Shown here piece after piece: positions 58,069 to 64,000 of a DNA stretch of 64,000 nucleotides (its first letter is position 1; each line of letters starts with the position of its first letter). The notes under the pieces were generated by a model. The model saw nothing but the letters and a program-made list of their open reading frames with translations. It did no database searches and was not told the DNA's origin. Source of the stretch: an uncultured delta proteobacterium (GTDB lineage Bacteria > Desulfobacterota > Desulfobacteria > Desulfobacterales > SpSt-501); assembly GCA_963716325.1 (NCBI GenBank), contig CAVQTH010000023.1:65155-129154 (forward strand), in the 5' to 3' direction. A program made the position numbers and the translations under genes.

Positions 58069-59055
58069 CTATTTGAAAAATTCGGATACGTATTTGAGTG
58101 CAGTAAAAACGATGATAGCGCTTAGCATCCACTTGATTGCTTTTGCAGGAACATACTTCTGGCAACGCGCACCCATATACATCCCGGCGATTCCCCCCAG
58201 ACCAAACAACGACCCCAGCAGCCAGTCCGGTGCGATCGACAAGCTCGGATAAAAAGGTGCGATCGCCTGATAGAAGATGACGCCAGCAACCGATGTCACA
58301 AAGGTTCCCATCAGAGCGGCACCCGCAACTGTGTATACGGGAAGCCCGAAAAATGACACAAAAAATGGCGCTATTATGGCACCACCACCAATTCCGTAAA
58401 TACCTCCCACTATACCGACAATGAAGCTAAGGGAGAAAACGCCGACAACGGGCACATCAAACTGCTCACCGTAAAATTCATACTTAACTCGCCGCAGAGT
58501 GAATTGAATTATTTTGACAGCCGGGAGGGTTTCACCACCCTTGATTGCGGATTTTTCCGCTTTGCGTCTGTGTTCACGAACAAGTTCCTGGAAGCGCTTT
58601 TCGCTTGAAGCCTTGTCCATGCCGGGAAGAGGTTTTCGGATCAGGTCCCTCAGCATACGAACTCCAATATACAGAAGGACGATTGCCGCGAATAATTTGA
58701 AGTTCTTTGGGTCTGGCAGGTACCCAATTCGAACAACAGCCCCAATAAAAACACCGGGGAGTGTCCCAATGATGACGGCCCATGTGAGCGGCCAGACCAT
58801 ACGGCCTTCTTTGAAGTAGCGGTAGACGCCGCTTGGAATGGCCACAACGTTAAATAACTGATTTGTTGCGCTTACTGAAGGGTTTGTGTAACCGAGAAAG
58901 GACATTTGAAATGGCAAGAGCAGGAAAGCGCCAGAAACCCCTCCCATGGATGTGAAGAAAGATACAAAAAAGGCAACCGCAACGGGAACTATTGGGCTGG
59001 TCTCAACTCCTGATACCGAAAACAGCATGTATTTCCATGCCTCTTTAAATTTCAC
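58069..59055 (-). CDS. TauE/SafE-family sulfite/anion exporter (prophage-border cargo)
   Basis: About eight TM segments with duplicated GxxGGxxG-type motifs (GIVGGIYGIGGGAI). GTG start; alternative ATG at 59028. Confidence 0.8.
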   Translation of the reverse strand: MKFKEAWKYMLFSVSGVETSPIVPVAVAFFVSFFTSMGGVSGAFLLLPFQMSFLGYTNPSVSATNQLFNVVAIPSGVYRYFKEGRMVWPLTWAVIIGTLPGVFIGAVVRIGYLPDPKNFKLFAAIVLLYIGVRMLRDLIRKPLPGMDKASSEKRFQELVREHRRKAEKSAIKGGETLPAVKIIQFTLRRVKYEFYGEQFDVPVVGVFSLSFIVGIVGGIYGIGGGAIIAPFFVSFFGLPVYTVAGAALMGTFVTSVAGVIFYQAIAPFYPSLSIAPDWLLGSLFGLGGIAGMYMGARCQKYVPAKAIKWMLSAIIVFTALKYVSEFFK

Positions 59056-59342
59056 CTGTTATTTTCTGTGATTTAAAGTAATTCTAAGAAATAAAAATAA
59101 AAAAGTCAACATAATATTAGAGGGTTATTCTACCTATAAAGTTTTAGACTGATTTCGGCAAAGTTTTTGATTTAACCAGATTTTGGAATGTGTTTGAGTG
59201 GCGATAACAGGGGCGGGGTAGGATCGAGGTATTCAATACCATCACTAAGCAGTTTCCATGCCCAGGGGCTATCCGCTAAACTTCTTGTTTTTTGGACAGT
59301 TTTAGGATAGAAATTCGGGGAGTGGTGGCGCTGAAATTAAAC

Positions 59343-59397
59343 AAAAAAATGGCGGAAGTGCATGGGAATCCTTCCCACGCACTTAAGCCGCCGCCAT
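59343..59397 (-). terminator. strong minus-strand intrinsic terminator just inside attR
   Basis: On the minus strand: ATGGCGG..AAGTGCGTGGG-loop-CCCATGCACTT-CCGCCAT followed by T7. No minus-strand gene lies upstream of it. Confidence 0.55.
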
Positions 59398-59438
59398 AGA
59401 CTCAACAGTGATGTTAAAAAACAAATTCACCAGGGGTC

Positions 59439-59463
59439 GCCGCGGTTATGCGGCCATTTTTTT
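59439..59463 (+). terminator. weak plus-strand terminator-like hairpin
   Basis: GCCGC-GGTTAT-GCGGC, then CA and T7. Confidence 0.35.
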
Positions 59464-59470
59464 GTGGTCT

Positions 59471-59498
59471 TTGACTGTACCCGTTTCTGTGCTAATAT
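59471..59498 (+). promoter_or_regulatory. outward-facing sigma-70-like promoter (TTGACT-16-TAATAT) at the prophage right end
   Basis: TTGACT at 59471-59476 and TAATAT at 59493-59498. Points across attR toward dnaX. Confidence 0.45.
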
Positions 59499-59509
59499 CC
59501 AAACGATCG

Positions 59510-59529
59510 TGCAAATGGAGTGCAAATGG
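59510..59529 (+). repeat. two phased TGCAAATGG 9-mers (candidate arm-type sites, attR arm)
   Basis: TGCAAATGG at 59510-59518 and 59521-59529, 11-bp phasing. Same motif and orientation as the attL-arm copies. Confidence 0.5.
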
Positions 59530-59580
59530 CTGAGCGGGTTTCAAAAAATAAATATAAATTACGGCAGGTTACTGAGGGGG

Positions 59581-59610
59581 CCGTGGGTTCGAACCCCACT
59601 CTCTCCGCCA
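59581..59610 (+). repeat. attR core (30-bp direct repeat; tRNA-Ser 3' remnant)
   Basis: Identical to 30521-30550. Confidence 0.9.
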
Positions 59611-59716
59611 CTTCCTTTGTTCTGTTTCGACGGCAAGCGTCGGCGTGGCATGACGCCGGCGCACCGAATGCCCTCGTTCTCCTCATCCCGCCGACAGGAA
59701 CCCGACGTTCAGGGAT

Positions 59717-61411
59717 ATGTCCTATCTTGTACTAGCGCGTAAATATCGCCCGCAGACCTTCGCAGAGGTGCTCGAGCAGGGGCACATCACCCGCACCCTC
59801 GGCAACGCCCTGTCTGCGGGCCGGGTGGCGCACGCGATTCTTTTCGCCGGGCCGCGGGGAACCGGCAAGACCACCATTGCGCGGATACTGGCCAAAGCGC
59901 TGAACTGTCAGGCAGGGCCGGCGGCGGCGCCGTGCAATCAATGCCGTTCCTGCTCAGACATCACGGCGGGTCGCGCGGTGGATGTGTATGAGATCGACGG
60001 TGCTTCCAACAACAGCGTGGATCAGGTGCGGGAGTTGCGGGAGACCATCAAGTACATGCCCGCCCACAGCCCCTACAAAATCTACATCATCGACGAAGTG
60101 CACATGCTCAGCACCCCGGCGTTCAACGCCCTGTTGAAAACCCTGGAGGAGCCGCCCGCCCATGTGCTGTTCATGTTTGCAACCACCGAACCGCATAAGA
60201 TTCCGATTACCATTCTGTCCCGCTGTCAGCGTTTTGACCTGCGGCGCATTCGGTTCTCCTCGATCGCCGGTCATCTAACGGCGGTCTGCCGTAATGAAGG
60301 CGTGGAGGTCGCCGCCGAGAGCCTGGAGCTGATCGCTCGGGAATCCGGCGGCAGCGTGCGCGACAGTCTGAGCCTGCTGGACCAGGTGATCTCGGGCGGG
60401 CAGCGGACCATCTCCCACGAGCAGATCATTGAAACCCTCGGAGTCATCGACCGCAGCCAACTCCATGAACTGGCCGGGGCCCTGCTCGCGGGCGACGTGT
60501 TGCCGTTTCTGGCGACCCTCGACGACATCTTCGACCGCGGTCACGACCTCAAGAGACTGTTTTCAGATCTGCTCGAGTATCTGAGGGACCTCTGGGTCAT
60601 TCAAACCAGCCGATCGCCGGGAAAACTGGTCGACCTGCCCAACCACGAAATCGAACGGATGCAGGATCAGGCCGGGCGGATTCCAAAGTTCATGCTGGAA
60701 CACGTCCTAGACATTCTCTTTCGCGAGGAGGCCGCTATCCGTTTTTCGCTCCAGCCCAAACTGGCGCTGGAGATGGTTTTTTTCAAGGTTCTGCAGACGC
60801 GCGCGGTACTGTCCATCGACACGCTCATCACCAAACTGGATGATTTGCGCCGGGAGGTTCAGGGGGCTGGGGCCGTTCCGCCGCCGTTGACCCGGGAGCA
60901 ACCGAGGGAGGCATCCGGCGGTCAGGGAACGCCAAATGCCCGCTCCGGCCGTGACCGATCGGATCCGCCCGCGCCGCCGCCGGCGGCCCGCCGGCCCGCC
61001 GGCCCGGTCTCGACCCCGACGGCCGATATGGAGGCGGCCTGGCAGCAGGTCGTGGAACTCGTCGCCGGCACCCAGCCCAGCCTGGCGGCCACGTTGAAGC
61101 GGTGCTGCATCAAACGCGGGGGGGCGGAACGGGTGGAGATCGTCGCCTCGGCCAATTCTTTCGTCGGCGCGACGCTGAAGCGCGACAAACACATGGCGAT
61201 TCTCAGGAAGGCCTGCGCCGAGATCTTCGGCGGCACTCCGGAAGTGGTGGTCGCGGCCGGGGAGGAGTGCAGCGTATCGACCCACGAGCGCCGCGATCGC
61301 AACCAGGCGCGGGTCCAGGAGACGCTGAATCATCCGGTGGTCGCCGACGCCATCGAAATCTTCAACGGCAAGCTCGTGGATGTCACGATATCCAAGGAGG
61401 TGGACAAATGA
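59717..61411 (+). CDS. dnaX: DNA polymerase III subunit gamma/tau
   Basis: LARKYRPQTFAEV...AILFAGPRGTGKTT Walker A. Zn module CNQCRSCSDI. Box VII SRCQRF. Confidence 0.97.
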   Translation: MSYLVLARKYRPQTFAEVLEQGHITRTLGNALSAGRVAHAILFAGPRGTGKTTIARILAKALNCQAGPAAAPCNQCRSCSDITAGRAVDVYEIDGASNNSVDQVRELRETIKYMPAHSPYKIYIIDEVHMLSTPAFNALLKTLEEPPAHVLFMFATTEPHKIPITILSRCQRFDLRRIRFSSIAGHLTAVCRNEGVEVAAESLELIARESGGSVRDSLSLLDQVISGGQRTISHEQIIETLGVIDRSQLHELAGALLAGDVLPFLATLDDIFDRGHDLKRLFSDLLEYLRDLWVIQTSRSPGKLVDLPNHEIERMQDQAGRIPKFMLEHVLDILFREEAAIRFSLQPKLALEMVFFKVLQTRAVLSIDTLITKLDDLRREVQGAGAVPPPLTREQPREASGGQGTPNARSGRDRSDPPAPPPAARRPAGPVSTPTADMEAAWQQVVELVAGTQPSLAATLKRCCIKRGGAERVEIVASANSFVGATLKRDKHMAILRKACAEIFGGTPEVVVAAGEECSVSTHERRDRNQARVQETLNHPVVADAIEIFNGKLVDVTISKEVDK

Positions 61412-61719
61412 AAGGGATGGGCGACATGATGAAGCAGGCGCAGAAGCTGCAGGCGCGCATGCTCAAGATGCAGGAGGAGCTGGCTGAAAAAACGGTGGAG
61501 TCCGCCGTCGGCGGCGGCATGATCAAGGTGGTCGCCAACGGGCGCCAGCAGATCGTCTCCATCCGGATCGAGAAGGAAGTGGTCGACCCGGAGGACGTGG
61601 ACATGCTGCAGGACCTGATGCTGGCGGCCGTCAACGACGCCCTTGCCAAGTCTCAGGAAATGGTTTCCTCCGAAATGGGCAAGCTCACCGGCGGCCTCAA
61701 ACTTCCGGGCCTCATGTGA
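61408..61719 (+). CDS. ybaB: nucleoid-associated protein YbaB/EbfC
   Basis: MKGMGDMMKQAQKLQARMLKMQEEL... is the typical YbaB N-terminus. ATGA overlap with the dnaX stop. The track ORF is over-extended to 61102. Confidence 0.95.
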   Translation: MKGMGDMMKQAQKLQARMLKMQEELAEKTVESAVGGGMIKVVANGRQQIVSIRIEKEVVDPEDVDMLQDLMLAAVNDALAKSQEMVSSEMGKLTGGLKLPGLM

Positions 61720-61722
61720 CCC

Positions 61723-62325
61723 ATGAACCACTATCCGGCATCCATCCGCCAGCTGATCAAACTCATGGCGCGCCTTCCCGGGATCGGTGAGAAGACCGCC
61801 GAACGGCTGGCCCTGCACCTGCTGTACGCCTCGGACCTCCTCGTGGAGGAGCTGGCGCGGAGCATCCTCGAGGTCAAGCAAAAAGTCCGCTTGTGCGCAC
61901 GCTGCTTTTCCCTGAGCGATGCGGAGCTCTGCACCATCTGCAGTAACCCGGCGCGCGACGCCGCGGTCGTGTGCGTCGTGGAACAGCCCGGCGACCTGGC
62001 GGCGGTGGAGAAGTCCGGTGCGTTCAGCGGTGTCTACCATGTGTTGTCCGGCGTGCTTTCTCCCATGAACGGCGTGGGGCCGGACGACATCCGCATTCGT
62101 GAACTGATCGCCCGAGTGACGGCGGGCGGAGTCCGGGAAGTGATCCTGGCCACCGGCACCAGCGTGGAAGGGGAAGCCACCTCCGCTTTCATCGCGGGTC
62201 GGCTGGCCGCTTTCCCGGTGACCGTGACGCGCATCGCCTCGGGAGTCCCGATGGGCGGCGATTTGAAATATGTGGACCAGGTGACGCTCAAGAAAGCCAT
62301 GGAGTCGCGACGTGCCCTCGGATGA
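61723..62325 (+). CDS. recR: recombination protein RecR
   Basis: LPGIGEKTAERLA HhH motif. C4 zinc finger CARCFSLSDAELCTIC. Toprim domain. Confidence 0.97.
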   Translation: MNHYPASIRQLIKLMARLPGIGEKTAERLALHLLYASDLLVEELARSILEVKQKVRLCARCFSLSDAELCTICSNPARDAAVVCVVEQPGDLAAVEKSGAFSGVYHVLSGVLSPMNGVGPDDIRIRELIARVTAGGVREVILATGTSVEGEATSAFIAGRLAAFPVTVTRIASGVPMGGDLKYVDQVTLKKAMESRRALG

Positions 62326-62731
62326 TGTGAAACCGGAAATGCTTTTCACCTGCACGCGCTGCGGGGACTGCTGCAGGGGGTACGGCGGCACCTATGTCGA
62401 CGCGGTGGACATCGCCGCCATTGCGGCGTTCATCCGCACCGAGCCGTCCGTAGTGGTCGAACGATACTGTCGGCGATCCGGCGGGAAGCATCTGCTGGCG
62501 CAGCGGGAAGACGGCTATTGCGTTTTCTGGGACGAGAGCTGCACCGTCCACCCCGTCAAGCCTCGCATGTGCCGCCGCTGGCCGTTCATCGAAAGCGTCG
62601 TGGCCGAGCCGCAAAACTGGTTGATCATGGCCGGACTCTGCCCCGGCATGCGCACCGACATCCCTCTCCCCCGAGTTCGGGACTGCATCGTAGCGGTCCT
62701 GACGGCCGAAGGGCAAAGGGGGATGCCATGA
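62312..62731 (+). CDS. YkgJ-family cysteine-cluster protein (UPF0153)
   Basis: FTCTRCGDCC...CVFWDES..CTVHPVKPRMCRRWPF motifs. GTG start at 62312 overlaps recR; alternative ATG at 62339. Confidence 0.75.
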   Translation: MPSDDVKPEMLFTCTRCGDCCRGYGGTYVDAVDIAAIAAFIRTEPSVVVERYCRRSGGKHLLAQREDGYCVFWDESCTVHPVKPRMCRRWPFIESVVAEPQNWLIMAGLCPGMRTDIPLPRVRDCIVAVLTAEGQRGMP

Positions 62732-63993
62732 CGGATGACGCCCGCCGCCGGGAAGGCCTGCTGCAGGAACTGGCAGCCACCCGCACCGAATGCAAGCGCC
62801 TGGAGGCGCTCGTGCACACGCGCGAGCAGGCTCTGAAGGAGGCCGGGCAGCAGCTTCAGCAGGCCCAGAAAATGGAAGCCCTCGGCACGCTGGTGGCCGG
62901 CGTGGCCCATGAGATCAACAACCCCATCAACCTCATTCTCTACAACCTGCCGCTGCTTCAGAAAACGTGGGCGGATTTCATGCCGCTTCTTATGGAACAC
63001 CGTCAACGCCAACCCGACCGCACCTTCGGCGGGTTCACCTACGATTTTCTGAATGACCATCTGCCGCAGCTGGTCGCCGACATGGAAATGGCGGCCAACC
63101 GGGTGGTCAAGATCGTGGCGGATCTTAAGAATTTCTCCCGGCAGTCCAACATCGCCGAGAAAACGCCTCTCAACATCAACACCGCCGCCCGCAACGCCTT
63201 GCGTCTGTGCCAGAGCACGCTGCGCAAGGCCGGGGTCAAGGTCACCCTCGAGCTGCAGGAGGGCCTTCCCGACATCGAGGGCAACCTGCAGAACATCGAG
63301 CAGATCGCGCTGAACATCCTGATCAATGCGGTGCAGGCCATTGATCACCCGCACGGCGAAATATCGATCCAAACGGGCTTCACCGCAAAAGACGGCCGGG
63401 TGCATCTGCGCATTTCAGACAATGGCCGCGGGGTCGCTCCTGCGATCGCCGACCGGATTTTTCTGCCGTTCGTCACCGACAAGCAGTCCCAGGGCGGGAC
63501 CGGCCTCGGGCTTTCCGTCAGCTACAGCCTGGTCAAAGCCCACGGCGGGGAGATCGGCTTCGAGAGCCGCCCGCCCGGAGGCACGACGTTTACGGTGCTC
63601 TTGCCCACCGTGCTGAACCGCAAAGCCGCCAAGGTCCTGGTGGTGGATGACGATCGGATGGTCCGGCAGATCCTCATGGAGGCGCTGGCGATCCCGCGCA
63701 CCTATCTCCTGGAGGAAGCCACCAACGGGATCGAGGCGTCGATCCGGCTCGGTACCTACCGGCCGGACCTGCTGCTTCTGGATGTGTTCATGCCGGAGAT
63801 GGATGGGCTGGAGGTGTGCCGGAACATCAAGGCGGAGCCAGCGCTGGCCGGCATGAAGGTCATCATCACCACGGGGTTCCCCGGCCATCCCAAGCTGGAC
63901 GAGCTGGCCGCCCTGGGGTTCACGCACGTCCTCGCCAAACCCTTCAACATCCCCGTGCTGCTCAAGATGGTTCAAACCCTTCTCGGGAATTGA
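62728..63993 (+). CDS. hybrid sensor histidine kinase / response regulator (cytoplasmic, coiled-coil N-terminus)
   Basis: H-box VAGVAHEINNP. N, G1 and G2 boxes (NAVQA, DNGRGV, GGTGLGLS). C-terminal receiver (VLVVDDD...LLLLDVFMPEMDG...K). ATGA overlap with the upstream stop. Confidence 0.9.
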   Translation: MTDDARRREGLLQELAATRTECKRLEALVHTREQALKEAGQQLQQAQKMEALGTLVAGVAHEINNPINLILYNLPLLQKTWADFMPLLMEHRQRQPDRTFGGFTYDFLNDHLPQLVADMEMAANRVVKIVADLKNFSRQSNIAEKTPLNINTAARNALRLCQSTLRKAGVKVTLELQEGLPDIEGNLQNIEQIALNILINAVQAIDHPHGEISIQTGFTAKDGRVHLRISDNGRGVAPAIADRIFLPFVTDKQSQGGTGLGLSVSYSLVKAHGGEIGFESRPPGGTTFTVLLPTVLNRKAAKVLVVDDDRMVRQILMEALAIPRTYLLEEATNGIEASIRLGTYRPDLLLLDVFMPEMDGLEVCRNIKAEPALAGMKVIITTGFPGHPKLDELAALGFTHVLAKPFNIPVLLKMVQTLLGN

Positions 63994-64000
63994 GCTCCGC

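Larger units (their letters stand above)
30521..59610. mobile_element. integrated temperate phage (~29 kb) in tRNA-Ser(GGA)
   Basis: Bounded by an exact 30-bp direct repeat. Contains an integrase, a lysogeny switch, and replication, packaging, capsid, lysis and tail modules. Confidence 0.9.

Noticed and set aside
59611-59716. SRP (4.5S) RNA often found upstream of dnaX
   Set aside because: The conserved GGAAGGAAGCAG-type domain IV sequence was not found here or in 30183-30263. There are only short GC hairpins, which look like a tRNA terminator or dnaX leader.
59717-61411. Programmed -1 frameshift site in dnaX (A AAA AAG type) producing a gamma subunit
   Set aside because: No A-rich slippery heptamer was seen in the coding strand. 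The only homopolymer is a T7 run near 60775, which is not a known dnaX shift site.

Overview
GC-rich bacterial chromosome segment. Gene content and synteny look like Desulfobacterota/Deltaproteobacteria, but that assignment is inference only. Three blocks are visible. (1) 1-12.3 kb is a housekeeping run on the + strand: prfA(partial)-prmC, rpsB-tsf-pyrH-frr-uppS-cdsA-dxr-rseP, then a PurS-PurL fusion and purQ. (2) 12.5-21.2 kb holds two tandem type IV minor-pilin operons, the first with a vWA-PilY1 adhesin. Each is preceded by a sigma-54-like promoter. They are followed by minus-strand genes for a LysM protein, groES-groEL, an FmdB zinc ribbon, an HExxH protein, a PilZ protein and hflKC. A 31-codon bS22-like micro-ORF on the + strand is missing from the ORF track. 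Then come a DUF721 gene, a methyltransferase and two tRNA-Ser genes. (3) 30521-59610 is a ~29-kb temperate prophage integrated into the 3' end of tRNA-Ser(GGA), bounded by an exact 30-bp direct repeat. Its early region is lambda-like: a TA pair, integrase, RecB-type exonuclease, a repressor/cro switch with mirrored consensus promoters, and an O-like gene carrying iterons. Its late region is podovirus-like: TerS, TerL, portal, scaffold, capsid, an embedded lysis cassette, adaptor and internal proteins, a 2036-aa polyvalent protein with Zeta-kinase and RadC/JAB domains, and fibre genes. The right end carries an AT-richer cargo module: a GNAT plus DUF4365-like nuclease operon and a TauE/SafE permease. 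After attR the chromosome resumes with dnaX-ybaB-recR, a YkgJ Cys-cluster protein and a hybrid histidine kinase. The best candidates for something new are the prophage cargo operon, the polyvalent virion protein, the Bet-fragment::integrase fusion and the decayed tRNA copy with an outward promoter at attR. Long ORFs antisense to conserved genes are treated as GC-rich shadow ORFs. No CRISPR array or rRNA was seen.
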